Source: Chloroflexota bacterium (lineage in GTDB: Bacteria; Chloroflexota; UBA11872). Taken from it: a stretch of 64,000 bases of DNA. Location of the stretch: positions 2,900,435 through 2,964,434 of the forward strand of contig CBDHGI010000006.1 of assembly GCA_965263075.1 (NCBI GenBank), in the 5' to 3' direction. The position numbers were made by a program, and so were the translations under genes. Position 1 is the first letter of the stretch. Every line of letters starts with the position of its first letter. Of this stretch, positions 32,939 through 42,748 are shown in pieces. The notes under the pieces were generated by a model. The model worked only from the letters and a program-made list of their open reading frames with translations. It did no database searches and had not been told where the DNA came from.

Positions 32939-33838
32939 CTAGCACGCGTCCGGCTCCTTGACCTCCACGCCCACGATTTCCTCCAGGCGCTTGAACGTGG
33001 CGGCCGCGTCCAGATCGCCCCAGCCCTTCGCCCGAATCTCCTGATAGATGGCGTCCGCCTGCGCCGTGGCCAGCAGCGGAACCCCGCTCTGACGTCCCAC
33101 GTCCAGCGCCAGTCCCAAGTCCTTCAGCAGCAGGTCAACGGCGAACCGGGCGCTGTAGTCGCGCGGCAGGACCAGGTTCGGGAGGTCCACTTCCATGCAG
33201 CGGCTGGCCGCGAAGGCCCCCATCAGCGTCTCGTAGAGCTGGCGTGGGTTCAGGCCGTTCTTGACCGCCAGCACGAAGGCTTCGGCATTGGCCGCGCGGA
33301 TGCTGGCGATGATCATCTGGTTCGTCAGCTTGGCGATGCAGCCGGTGCCCGCCGGGCCAAAGTGCTCGATCTTGCCGCCGATCACGTCCAGAATCTCGCT
33401 GCCCTGCGCGAAGGACTCCGGCGACCCGCCCACAAAGACGGCCAGCGTCCCGGCTTCCGCGCCGCTCGGTCCGCCACTGACGGGCGCGTCCAGGTAGTTC
33501 ACGCCCTTGGCTGCGCCGGCCTCGGCACAGGTTCGGGCGGTGTCGGGGCCGTTGGTCCCGAAGTCGATCCAGAGTTGGCCCTCGCGCGCGTTCTCAACCG
33601 CGCCGTCCGCGCCCAGCAAGAGTTCCAGCGAGATCTCGGGCGTTGGCACGTTCACGCACACCACGTCCGACTGCGCCGCCACCTCGGCCGGCGAACCGGC
33701 GGCCACGCCGCCGTCGGCCACGAAGGCGTCTACCTTGCCGCGGCTGCGGTTGTGGACGATCAGGTCGTGCCCCGCCGCGCGCAGGTTGACCGCCATGGGC
33801 ATTCCCATTTTTCCGAGACCGATATAGCCGATTCGCAT
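32939..33838 (-). CDS. 3-hydroxyisobutyrate dehydrogenase family oxidoreductase (paralog of 12997-13890)
   Basis: GYIGLGKMG, LDAPVSGG, KLTNQ. Confidence 0.9.
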   Translation of the reverse strand: MRIGYIGLGKMGMPMAVNLRAAGHDLIVHNRSRGKVDAFVADGGVAAGSPAEVAAQSDVVCVNVPTPEISLELLLGADGAVENAREGQLWIDFGTNGPDTARTCAEAGAAKGVNYLDAPVSGGPSGAEAGTLAVFVGGSPESFAQGSEILDVIGGKIEHFGPAGTGCIAKLTNQMIIASIRAANAEAFVLAVKNGLNPRQLYETLMGAFAASRCMEVDLPNLVLPRDYSARFAVDLLLKDLGLALDVGRQSGVPLLATAQADAIYQEIRAKGWGDLDAAATFKRLEEIVGVEVKEPDAC

Positions 33839-33870
33839 GTCGGTGTGCTCCCTCGCGGGGGTGCCGGGCG

Positions 33871-34797
33871 CTAGACCTGCGCCCAGGCGAGTTGAAACGT
33901 GCGCTTGCAGTTGCCGATTATCGCCGCCGCGGACTGGTCCGGCGCGGGCTTCATCTCGAACGAGACGAGCGGCATCGGCGTCGGCAGGTCGCGCTCAAAG
34001 TATCCAATCTCCAGCAGCGTCTTCAGGTACGCCGCCAGCTCCGGCACGTCGTTCTCGCCCGCCGGGTCCCCGAACACCGGATGCTGGTCGCCGTACTGCG
34101 GATGGTCGCGGTCTCGCACGATGCAGTTGCCGATGTGCGCCTGGATCAGGTGCTCGCCGGCGGCTCGCAGCGAGGCCGGCGGGTCTTCGTTAAGCAGCGG
34201 CAGGTGGCTGAGGTCGAGACAGAGGCCGAAATTCGGAGTGGAGGCGCGCACCATTTCACTCACCCGCACGCATAGGTCGATCGGGCCCAGCAGCGAGTTC
34301 TTCTCGATGGCGCGGTCGAACTGTTCCAGCGCGATCCAGATGTTCTGCCGGGCCGCGTAGTCGCAGAGTTCGGTCAGCGACTGGACCACCTGCGTGACCG
34401 CAGCTTCTTCGCCGCCTGGAGCGGGCGCTGAGTTGGGCCCGTCCAGCAGCGTGACCATGGCGATGCCCAGTTCAGCAGCTTCGTCGATCGCCGCCTTGAC
34501 TTGCGTCACGGAGTGCTCGCGTGCCTCGCTGTCGGTCGAGGCCAGGTTCAGGCCGCCGCTGAGGATCTGCGGGTGCGCTCCGTAACCCAGCGTCAGGTGC
34601 GCGGATTCGGCCAACCGCCGCATGTCGGCGCGCTGCGACGGATCGTTGATGCGCGCGATCTCCAGCGCGTGAAAGAAACCGTCGGACGCCAGCGCTTCCG
34701 CGGCTTCAACGGCAGGTCCGTCGCCGGTTTGTAGGTCGGGGTGCAGCATGAACTGCACGATCCCGATGTGCATGTAGGCCTCGGGCGGTCGATTCAC
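33871..34797 (-). CDS. Sugar phosphate isomerase/epimerase (xylose isomerase-like TIM barrel)
   Basis: ALEQFDR, CLDLSHLPL, AHIGNC, SFEMKP. Confidence 0.8.
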   Translation of the reverse strand: MNRPPEAYMHIGIVQFMLHPDLQTGDGPAVEAAEALASDGFFHALEIARINDPSQRADMRRLAESAHLTLGYGAHPQILSGGLNLASTDSEAREHSVTQVKAAIDEAAELGIAMVTLLDGPNSAPAPGGEEAAVTQVVQSLTELCDYAARQNIWIALEQFDRAIEKNSLLGPIDLCVRVSEMVRASTPNFGLCLDLSHLPLLNEDPPASLRAAGEHLIQAHIGNCIVRDRDHPQYGDQHPVFGDPAGENDVPELAAYLKTLLEIGYFERDLPTPMPLVSFEMKPAPDQSAAAIIGNCKRTFQLAWAQV

Positions 34798-34889
34798 GGC
34801 GGCGGACCTCACTCAGGCGGGCGGGCGCACGGCGTCCCTATGGTGACGCGAGCCCGCGGGACGTGTCGAATGATTCAGCAGCCCGGCAC

Positions 34890-35813
34890 TTAGACGCCAA
34901 CAGCCGCCGGCTCGTACTCCGGCAGGAACTCGCGCACGGCCTCGAACGCAGCGTCGATGGCCGCGTCGTCGAGCGACGTCTTCGGCGGCGCCACCCAGGG
35001 CTCCATGATCCCCAGTCGACTCAGCACGCCCTTGGCCGTGGCCTGCATGAACGGCGAGACTTCGCTTAGCTCGCGCAGGAATGCGTTTTGCCGGTTCTGG
35101 GCAGCCGCGGCTGCTTCCAGGTCTCCGTCGCACCACGTGTTGTAGATGGCCGTCACCAGCTGGGGCGCCACGTTGGGGGCGGGACCGGTCGTGCCGGCGA
35201 CGCCCGAGTTCAGCGCGTGCAACAGCATTCCGTCGCCGCCCACGATCACGCGAAACGCGTCGCCGCGCATCGCGTTCAGGTAGTCCAGCAGGTTCTGTGG
35301 GCTGCCCGAACTGTCCTTGGTGCCCTGCACCCCGACGTCGCGCAAGCGCAGCAGCGTAGCCGCATCCACGGCCACCTTGGTCATGCCAGGGATGTTGTAG
35401 AGCAGCACCGGCACCGGCGAGGCATTCACGACGCCCTCGAAGTAGCGCACGACCTCGTCGTTGCTCATCGGGAAGTAAAACGGCGGATTGACCAGCAGGC
35501 CGTCGGCTCCCAGGTCGGCGGCCTGGACCGCCTGGCGGTGCGTGCGCTCCACGCACGGCTGACCGCAGGCCACGATCACCGGTACGGCGCCGTCGGCTTC
35601 CTCGACCCCCGCGCGAATCGCCACCGCGCGCTGATCATCATCAATCGCGGCGAACTCGCCCGTCGTGCCGAGAAGCACGTAGCCGTGACAGCCGGCGTCA
35701 AGAACCCTTCGTGCCAGCCGCCGCATGGCGGGGCCGTCCGCCGTCAGATCGGCGGTCAAGGGCGTGAGCAGCGCCGGAATCACACCATGCAGGCGTTCCT
35801 GGAACCTAGTCAT
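34890..35813 (-). CDS. Dihydrodipicolinate synthase (DapA-like) family aldolase
   Basis: LGTTGEF, LYNIP, KDSSG. Confidence 0.88.
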   Translation of the reverse strand: MTRFQERLHGVIPALLTPLTADLTADGPAMRRLARRVLDAGCHGYVLLGTTGEFAAIDDDQRAVAIRAGVEEADGAVPVIVACGQPCVERTHRQAVQAADLGADGLLVNPPFYFPMSNDEVVRYFEGVVNASPVPVLLYNIPGMTKVAVDAATLLRLRDVGVQGTKDSSGSPQNLLDYLNAMRGDAFRVIVGGDGMLLHALNSGVAGTTGPAPNVAPQLVTAIYNTWCDGDLEAAAAAQNRQNAFLRELSEVSPFMQATAKGVLSRLGIMEPWVAPPKTSLDDAAIDAAFEAVREFLPEYEPAAVGV

Positions 35814-35861
35814 AGTCTGGGCGCCCCAATCAGGTCGACGACTCGAAGTATAGGCCCCCTA

Positions 35862-35900
35862 TTCTCCCTATCTCTGGCAGGACGAGGGCGGGGGGAAGGG
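35862..35900. repeat. Degenerate REP-like palindromic element
   Basis: TTCTCCCTATCTCTGGCAGGACGAGGGCGGGGGGAAGGG resembles the CTCCCTCTCCC...GGGAGAGGG...GGGTGAGGG REP type. Confidence 0.45.
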
Positions 35901-35949
35901 ACAGCCGCCCCGCGTTTGACAAACTCGGGAAAACGGTCCAGCCGCTGCC

Positions 35950-36723
35950 TCAGACGTTCGCTCGCGTCTGCCCGCCGTCCACGTTCAGGCAGGCGCCGGT
36001 GACCAGGCTGGCCTGTGGCGATGCCAGGAACGTCACGACCGCCGCGACTTCTTCCGGACGCCCGAACCGCCCCATCGGAAAGTCCTGCCGCAGGAACTCC
36101 GCCATCGCTTCGGGGTCCGTCTGCACAGCCTGTTCCCAACCGCCGCCGGGAAAGATGATCGAGCCGGGCGCCACCGCGTTGACCGTGATTCCGTCCGCCG
36201 CTAGTTCGCGCGCCATCGTCTTGGAGAGGCTGTTCATGGCCGACTTGGCCGCGTTGTAGGTCGGCGGACCGCCCTGCTCGCGCCCGTAGATCGAGGTGAT
36301 GTGAATGATCCGGCCCGCCCCCTGCGCCCGCATGTGCGGCAGGGCCGCGCGGCTGGCCCGGATAGCCGGCCACAGATTTACGTCCAGCGTCGCGGCCCAG
36401 TCGTCGTCTGTCGCTTCCTGGAACGACCGGCCGCCGGTCGAGCCGCCCACGTTGTTCACCAGCACGTCCAGCCGCCCGAACGCGGCCGCACTCTGCTCCA
36501 CCGCCTGCGCCGACGCCGTCATCTCGGCCATGTCCAGCTCGAACCCGGCCGCCTGCACGCCCGACGCCTCGATCTCACCTACCGTCTGCGCCAGGCGTTC
36601 TCGCCCCCGCGCCGTGATCGCTACGTTGCAGCCCTCAGCCGCCAGCGCCAGCGCAATCGACCGCCCAATCCCCCGGCTGCCGCCCGTAACCAGCGCGGCC
36701 TTTCCGCTCAATCCAAGGTCCAT
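35950..36723 (-). CDS. SDR family oxidoreductase
   Basis: TGGSRGIG, VNNVG, YNAAK, VDGG. Confidence 0.92.
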   Translation of the reverse strand: MDLGLSGKAALVTGGSRGIGRSIALALAAEGCNVAITARGRERLAQTVGEIEASGVQAAGFELDMAEMTASAQAVEQSAAAFGRLDVLVNNVGGSTGGRSFQEATDDDWAATLDVNLWPAIRASRAALPHMRAQGAGRIIHITSIYGREQGGPPTYNAAKSAMNSLSKTMARELAADGITVNAVAPGSIIFPGGGWEQAVQTDPEAMAEFLRQDFPMGRFGRPEEVAAVVTFLASPQASLVTGACLNVDGGQTRANV

Positions 36724-36735
36724 GCGTCCGCTCCT

Positions 36736-38490
36736 CTAGTGATGATTCGCCCCAGGCTTCCAACGTCGCGGCTTCGGCTGCGCCAGCCAGTTCAGCAATT
36801 CGTCCAGCGGCAGCGCGTTGATCACGTCCTCCGCCCGTAGCCAGGCCCGGCGCGCCGTCAGCACGCCGTAGCGCATGTAGGCCAGACTGTCGGGATGGTG
36901 GGCGTCGCTGTTGATCGAGATCGGTGCGCCGAGCTCGGCGGCCCGTCGCGCGGTCGTGTCGTCCAGGTCGAGGCGCTCGGGGGCCGCGTTGATCTCGAGT
37001 GCGGTGCCGGTGGCGGCTGCGGCCTTCAGGACGGCCTCCACGTCGAATGTATAGCCGTCGCGCAGACCCAGCATGCGACCGGTTGGATGCCCGATCACGT
37101 CCACGTGTGGGTTTTCGATCGCCGCAATCAGCCGTTCCGTCATCTGTTCTGGCGGCTGGTTGAAGTTGCTGTGGACCGAGGCCACCACTACGTCCAGGGA
37201 GGCCAGGATCTCGTCGCTGAAGTCCAGGCTGCCGTCGGCCAGAATCTCCACCTCACTGCCGTGCAGCAGGCGAACGTCCGGCGACGCCGCGCGTTCCCGT
37301 GCGATCTCCACCGTCTGCTCCGCGAGCCGTTCCGGGGTTAGTCCATTGGCGACCAGCAGCCCGCCCGAGTGATCGGTAACTGTGAAGTACTCGAGCCCGC
37401 GGCTCCGGGCGGCGGCCACCATGTTGCTGATCGAGGCGGCCCCGTCGCTCCACAGCGAGTGCCCGTGCAGCTCGCCCCGGATGTCGCCGAGCTCGATCAG
37501 GTTCGGCAGCGTCCCCGCTTCAGCCGCCTCAATTTCCCCTCGGTTCTCGCGCAGCGCCGGGTCGATCCAGGGCAGCCCCACCGCCGCGTACACGTCCTGC
37601 TCGGTGGCGGCCGGCCGCCGCTGGTCGGTTTCGGCGTCCAGGAACCCCCGCTCGTTCAGCGACAGGCCCCGCTGTTGGGCGCGCGCCCGTACCTCGATGT
37701 TGTGCTCCTTGGATCCCGTGAAATACGCCAGGGCTGCCCCGAACTCGTCCGGCGCGACCACCAGTAGGTCCACCTGGAACCCGCCGCCCACCAGGACCGA
37801 GGTCTTGGTCCCTCCGGTTCCCACCACCTCTTCCACGTCGGACGACGCGATGAAGTGCTCCATCACCGGCCCGGGAGCGTCCGAAGCCGCCAGGATGTCC
37901 AGGTCGCCGATCGTTTCGCGCCCGCGACGCAGGCTGCCGGCGTACTGCACGGCATGCACGCCCGGCGCCGCCTCCACGTGTGCGATCAGGCGCTCGGCGA
38001 TGGGCAGCACGTCGCCCAGCCGGCGGCGCGCGATCCGTTCCCGGAATCGTCCCAGTTCGCGTAGCAGTCTGGCCTGTCGCTTGACGCCAATGGTCCGAAT
38101 GCCGGCCAGCCGACCCTCGCGCGCCGCCGTCTCCAGCGCGTCCACGCTGTCGATGTCGTGCTTGTTGTATAGGGTGGCGGCGGTCTTCGGTCCCAGACCC
38201 GGAACCAGCAGCATTTCAAAGACGCTATCTGGAATCTCGGCCCGCATCTCCTCGTACTCGTCCACGCGGCCACTGGCCACGAACTCGCCCAGCACGCCCG
38301 CGATGCCCTTGCCGATCCCTCGAACCTTAGATATCTCGCCGCTCTCCACCAGCTCAGCCACGTCGGTGGTCAGCGAATCGACTCGCCGCGCCGCGTTCCG
38401 AAAGGCCCGCACGCGAAACGTGTTGGCGCCGCGAATCTCCAGCGCGTCCGCAAAGCCTTCCAACAGCTCGGCGGCCGCCTTATTCAGCAT
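36736..38490 (-). CDS. polX: DNA polymerase X with PHP domain
   Basis: GSLRRGRETIGDLD with intact DxD, YFTGSKEHN; PHP motifs HGH...SDG, TDHS, GHPTGR, SDAH. Confidence 0.93.
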   Translation of the reverse strand: MLNKAAAELLEGFADALEIRGANTFRVRAFRNAARRVDSLTTDVAELVESGEISKVRGIGKGIAGVLGEFVASGRVDEYEEMRAEIPDSVFEMLLVPGLGPKTAATLYNKHDIDSVDALETAAREGRLAGIRTIGVKRQARLLRELGRFRERIARRRLGDVLPIAERLIAHVEAAPGVHAVQYAGSLRRGRETIGDLDILAASDAPGPVMEHFIASSDVEEVVGTGGTKTSVLVGGGFQVDLLVVAPDEFGAALAYFTGSKEHNIEVRARAQQRGLSLNERGFLDAETDQRRPAATEQDVYAAVGLPWIDPALRENRGEIEAAEAGTLPNLIELGDIRGELHGHSLWSDGAASISNMVAAARSRGLEYFTVTDHSGGLLVANGLTPERLAEQTVEIARERAASPDVRLLHGSEVEILADGSLDFSDEILASLDVVVASVHSNFNQPPEQMTERLIAAIENPHVDVIGHPTGRMLGLRDGYTFDVEAVLKAAAATGTALEINAAPERLDLDDTTARRAAELGAPISINSDAHHPDSLAYMRYGVLTARRAWLRAEDVINALPLDELLNWLAQPKPRRWKPGANHH

Positions 38491-38563
38491 CCTGCGGGCC
38501 TCCCGGGTCGTCCGAACCCCCGCATTGTGACCGATTGCCCACACCCCCCGCAGGCGGCGTAGC

Positions 38564-39589
38564 ATGACTCGTATGCGGTGGCTGGATGCACTGGCGCCCG
38601 AACTCGAATACCGCGGCCTCGTCGGCGAACGCCGCGCCTTGCTTCATCGTGTGCCCACCGAGTGGCGCGACCGTCTGCCGGCCGACACCTGGATGCGATT
38701 GTGCGCTGCCTCCGGTGTGCGCGTGGCCTTCCGCACCGACAGCCCCACGATTGCCGTTCGCGCCGAATGGTTGTCCCAGCAGACCAACCGGGCCAACGCC
38801 GAGATCGACCTCTACCAGAACGGCGAGTTCTACGGCCAGCTCCGCTGCCTGGGCCTGGGCACCGCCGAGGGCGTGATCTACGACGGACCCGCCCGCGACC
38901 GCTGCGTCGAACTGTTCATGCCCCCCTACGGGGAAATCAGGTTTGCCGGCGTCGGTGTGACCGACGATTCGCGCGTCAAGCCGCCCCCGCCCTTGGATGG
39001 GCCACGCCTGCTCTTCTACGGCGACTCCATCACCCACGGCAGCACGACCGCGCGGGCGGGCACTACCTATCCGGCGCGAATCGCCCGCCGCCTGGGGGTG
39101 GACTTCGTCAACCTGGGCGTCGGCGGCTCGGCTCGCGGTGAATCGGCCATGGCCGAGATCGCCGCCTCGCTGCGAGCCGACGTGATCGTGCTGGCCTACG
39201 GCGTCAACACCTTTGGATCGAGTTACGAAGAGCCGCGGGCCTTCGAACGCACCTACGACACCTTCCTCGCTATCCTGCGCGGCCGGCAGCCCAGCGTCCC
39301 CATCCTGCTGGTCACCCCGCTCTTCCATACCTGCGAGTTCGAGCAGACCACCCGCGGCGCGGCCAAGTTGGAGGAATACCGTCGCGTCATTCGAGAAGTC
39401 GTCTACCGCCGCCAGAGCTTCGGCGACGCCAACCTCATTTTGCTGGAAGGCCACGGCCTCATCGGCCCCGGTCAGGGCGAACTGCTGGCCGACCACGTCC
39501 ACCCCAACGACGCCGGCTTCGCCGCCATGGCCGACGCCCTCGGCGCTCAGATTCAACGCGTCCTCAGCCTCACGTCTAGCAAAACTTGA
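38564..39589 (+). CDS. SGNH/GDSL hydrolase
   Basis: YGDSITHG, NLGVGG, GVN, DHVHPND. Confidence 0.88.
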   Translation: MTRMRWLDALAPELEYRGLVGERRALLHRVPTEWRDRLPADTWMRLCAASGVRVAFRTDSPTIAVRAEWLSQQTNRANAEIDLYQNGEFYGQLRCLGLGTAEGVIYDGPARDRCVELFMPPYGEIRFAGVGVTDDSRVKPPPPLDGPRLLFYGDSITHGSTTARAGTTYPARIARRLGVDFVNLGVGGSARGESAMAEIAASLRADVIVLAYGVNTFGSSYEEPRAFERTYDTFLAILRGRQPSVPILLVTPLFHTCEFEQTTRGAAKLEEYRRVIREVVYRRQSFGDANLILLEGHGLIGPGQGELLADHVHPNDAGFAAMADALGAQIQRVLSLTSSKT

Positions 39590-39744
39590 CCGAGGCATAT
39601 CCTGCCCGGCTCCAATTTTGCAACGGGCTGGCTGCGAGGCTACTTGAGACGGTGCATTGCTAGAGTTGTCGAGCGGTTCAGCCTCAGTGCCTTTGAGACG
39701 TTGTGCCGGGTTCGTGTGGACACTCAGCGAAAGGAGAGCCCCTA

Positions 39745-40005
39745 ATGGCTACCGGGGAGGAAAGCGTGGCGTCGCGGGGCAAGGAACTCTACGTCACGAA
39801 AATCCGCGAACTGACCCGCGGGACGGCGAAGGGCGATTTTGTCGTGATCGACATACACAGCGGGGACTTCGAGGTCGATTCCGACGACGTGACGGCAACG
39901 ATGCGGTTGATGGAGCGGCGCCCGGATGCAATTACATGGGCGGTGTGTGTTGGCTATCCATCGGCGTACAACTTCCGGGGCGGGATACTGGCTCGCACCG
40001 AGTGA
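39745..40005 (+). CDS. Small hypothetical protein coupled to an aspartic protease gene
   Basis: SD AAGGAG; GDFVVIDIHSGDFEV motif; GTGA overlap with the next gene. Confidence 0.8.
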   Translation: MATGEESVASRGKELYVTKIRELTRGTAKGDFVVIDIHSGDFEVDSDDVTATMRLMERRPDAITWAVCVGYPSAYNFRGGILARTE

Positions 40006-40373
40006 TTCGCGGGCGGGTAAACCAACGCTTGGAGCCCGTAATCAATGTTTCGATTCTCGACGATCACGACATCGCGCACAGCTTCGAGTTCATTCTGGAT
40101 ACCGGATTCAGCGGCCACTTGACCTTGCCATCGGATGTCATCAATCGGCTTGGTCTCCATTACAGTGGGCAGCGAGCGGTAGCCACGGCCGACGGATTCG
40201 CACACAACGTTGACGTCTTTACGGCCAGGGTGTTGTTGCACGAAAATTGGAGGCCTCTATTCGTCATTCGGTTGGACAGTTTCCCTCTGCTCGGAATGCG
40301 CTCGCTATTGGGAGGCAGGCTAACCATGAACGTGTACGCCGGCGGCCGCCTTGTGGTCGAGGAGACATTCTGA
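40002..40373 (+). CDS. Clan AA (retropepsin-like) aspartic protease
   Basis: ILDTGFSG catalytic motif and PLLGM. Confidence 0.85.
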   Translation: MIRGRVNQRLEPVINVSILDDHDIAHSFEFILDTGFSGHLTLPSDVINRLGLHYSGQRAVATADGFAHNVDVFTARVLLHENWRPLFVIRLDSFPLLGMRSLLGGRLTMNVYAGGRLVVEETF

Positions 40374-40504
40374 GCGACTTGCGCAGCGCACGCTGGGCGT
40401 GGGGAGTGGACAGCCAGCCTCCAAACCGGATGAATTCGCCGTTCGACCCACTCGCCCCGGCGCCCTACGCTTAGCCTGCCGACCCACAACTAGAGACGCG
40501 TCCC

Positions 40505-41338
40505 ATGCTGAGGCTCAGCATTCTCACCCTCTCCTACCGCCAGGCCTTCGACTCCGGCCGGATGGACCTGATGAGCTTCCTGGACACCTGTCGTGAACTG
40601 AGCGTGGAGGGCGTGGACCTGCACGACTCCGCGTTCCCGGCGGAAGACCGCGCCTCCCTGCTGGCCGTCAAACGCGACTGCCTGGATCGCGGCCTGGACA
40701 TCCCCTGCATTGCCATCTCCAACAACTTCGCCCGGCCCGCCGACGAGCTTCCCGCCGACGTCCAGCGCACCAAGACCTGGATCGAACGCGCCGCCCTGCT
40801 CGGCGCCCCCCAGGTCCGCGTCTTCAGCGGGACCCCCGCCACCGAAGCCGACCGCCCCGCCTCCTGGGATCGCTGCGCCGACGCGCTGCGTGAATGCGCC
40901 GAGTTCGGCGCCGAAGTCGGGGTCGTGGTCTCGCTCCAGAACCACAACCATAAGCAGATTGCGCCTGACGGCGAAGACGTCCTGCGCCTGATTCGCCAGG
41001 TCGACCACCCAAACCTGGGTCACGTGCTCGATACCGGCCAATACGCTGGCTCGCCCGGCGCGTCGGGATTCGCCGACGACGCTCAGAGCGAGCGCCACGA
41101 CTACCTCGCCAGCATCCGCCTCACGGCGCCCCTCGCCACCGCCGTCCGCGCCAAGCTCTATCGCCTCGCCTCCGGCCGCGAAGAGTGGCTCGACTATGAC
41201 CAGATCTTCGAGACCATTCGCAGCGTCCGCTACAACGGCTGGATCAGCCTCGTCTACGAGGGCCGCGACGACCCCATCGCCATGATCCCGCTCGGCGTCC
41301 GCTTCCTCCGCACCTACCTCCCCGGGGCGTCCACCTGA
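40505..41338 (+). CDS. Sugar phosphate isomerase/epimerase (TIM barrel)
   Basis: RVFSG, LQNHNH, LDTGQ, YNGWISLVYEG. Confidence 0.82.
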   Translation: MLRLSILTLSYRQAFDSGRMDLMSFLDTCRELSVEGVDLHDSAFPAEDRASLLAVKRDCLDRGLDIPCIAISNNFARPADELPADVQRTKTWIERAALLGAPQVRVFSGTPATEADRPASWDRCADALRECAEFGAEVGVVVSLQNHNHKQIAPDGEDVLRLIRQVDHPNLGHVLDTGQYAGSPGASGFADDAQSERHDYLASIRLTAPLATAVRAKLYRLASGREEWLDYDQIFETIRSVRYNGWISLVYEGRDDPIAMIPLGVRFLRTYLPGAST

Positions 41339-41386
41339 GGCCGTAAGCTCGCGCTTCGCGGGAATGTCGGCGTCGCCCAACGCAAC

Positions 41387-42223
41387 TCAATATGTAGCTG
41401 CGGTGGGCGCCCCGGGAAAGCCCCTGGGCGATGCGTTGCGGTGACCCGGCATCGGCCAGCCCTGACCGCCCATGGTCTGGTACTCGCGGGACTTGCCACA
41501 CAGCCAGAAGAACATCTCGGCCGCGTCCACGGCGTCCCGGAACTGCTGCCGCAACCCCCGCAGGGGGAACGTGTAGTCGGCGAGGGCGAAGTCAAAGTCC
41601 GGCTCAATAACCCAGTCGCGGGCCGGCGGCGACGTGCGCCAGTAGTTGTACTTGAGGAGATTGCGTGTCCCCCGCGCCGTCGACGCGGAACGCCGATGCC
41701 AGATGGAATAGACCGTGAGGAAGATCGAGCCGGCGGACGCGGCTGTCTTGACACCGTGTCGCAGGTTGCCGTAGTGCCCCATCATGCTGGCGTGTTGAAA
41801 CAGGAAGTGCGAGCCCGGGAGCACCTCGGTCGGCCCCATGGCGGCCGTGCATGCTTGGGGGTAGTAGAAGACCTGCAAGTAGTGCAGCGCGGGTCCATAG
41901 CGTGACCCGCCGTCACGATGCCAGCCTTGCGCCGGCGCCGGCATGTGCACGCGGTGGTTGCTCATCAGAACTGGCGCCTCGAACCCCGCTCCCAGCAGCG
42001 AGCGTACGGCGCCGGCGGCCGCGGGATTGAGGATCACGTTCTCGATAAACCAGTTCTCGGCCAGGATGTCGGTCGGCTCGAGGGAGCTGTTGTTGTCGAC
42101 GAAGGCGACGGTCTTGCGGTTGATCTCCTCCGGCACCACGCCGTCGAGCAGGAGATAGCCGTGCTTGCAGAACTCCAGGACCTCGGTGTCGGTCAGCGTT
42201 GGCGCGATGTGCGAGGTGTCCAT
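41387..42223 (-). CDS. PhyH-family dioxygenase (partnered subfamily)
   Basis: WHRD, MGPTEVLPGSH, SIWH. Confidence 0.87.
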   Translation of the reverse strand: MDTSHIAPTLTDTEVLEFCKHGYLLLDGVVPEEINRKTVAFVDNNSSLEPTDILAENWFIENVILNPAAAGAVRSLLGAGFEAPVLMSNHRVHMPAPAQGWHRDGGSRYGPALHYLQVFYYPQACTAAMGPTEVLPGSHFLFQHASMMGHYGNLRHGVKTAASAGSIFLTVYSIWHRRSASTARGTRNLLKYNYWRTSPPARDWVIEPDFDFALADYTFPLRGLRQQFRDAVDAAEMFFWLCGKSREYQTMGGQGWPMPGHRNASPRGFPGAPTAATY

Positions 42224-42597
42224 CAGGCGCTCCGGATCTTTTCGAGTACAAATTCGGCCCCATAGGCGTACGTGCGCGACTCGTCGAGCAACAGCGCGAG
42301 GTTGGGAAACTCAATGATGCGCCAGCCGTCACGGATCGCATCCAGAACCGTCTGATACGGCCAGTCATCAGGATCGTCCGCGCCATCCGAGAGCTCGCCG
42401 TCGGTGACCATGCGCATGCCGATCACCTGAGTGTCAAGCGCGGTGCCGGCAGCTTGCAGGTACAGCAGGTCCTGCCGGGCATTGCGAGCGGCTGTCAGTT
42501 CGTCCCGAATGGCCGCGAGCGTGGATTCCTGCAAGGTTCCGGCGCGAAGCTCCGCAATCCCATGATCGAGCTTCGTCGCGATGGCTTCGAGCGACAT
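42223..42597 (-). CDS. Small conserved hypothetical protein, translationally coupled to PhyH dioxygenase
   Basis: TGATG overlap; homologous to 25699-25983. Confidence 0.8.
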   Translation of the reverse strand: MSLEAIATKLDHGIAELRAGTLQESTLAAIRDELTAARNARQDLLYLQAAGTALDTQVIGMRMVTDGELSDGADDPDDWPYQTVLDAIRDGWRIIEFPNLALLLDESRTYAYGAEFVLEKIRSA

Positions 42598-42748
42598 TGT
42601 GGTCTTTCCGGGGCCTACCGCCGGATTATCTGGTACACGTCGCGGTCGCGGGCGCCCGCGCTGACCACCACCCGGCGTCAACCTCCGTAGCCGGCTGACG
42701 GCCCCGCGGGAATTGTCGCCCGTCAACTCCGCGCCTAGCATGGCGTGA

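Noticed and set aside
36736-38490. PolX as a non-canonical inactive variant
   Set aside because: Catalytic DxD, the third Asp and the PHP motifs appear intact.
39657-40373. 238-aa version of the aspartic protease
   Set aside because: The extension overlaps the small upstream gene; GTG at 40002 gives the typical family length.
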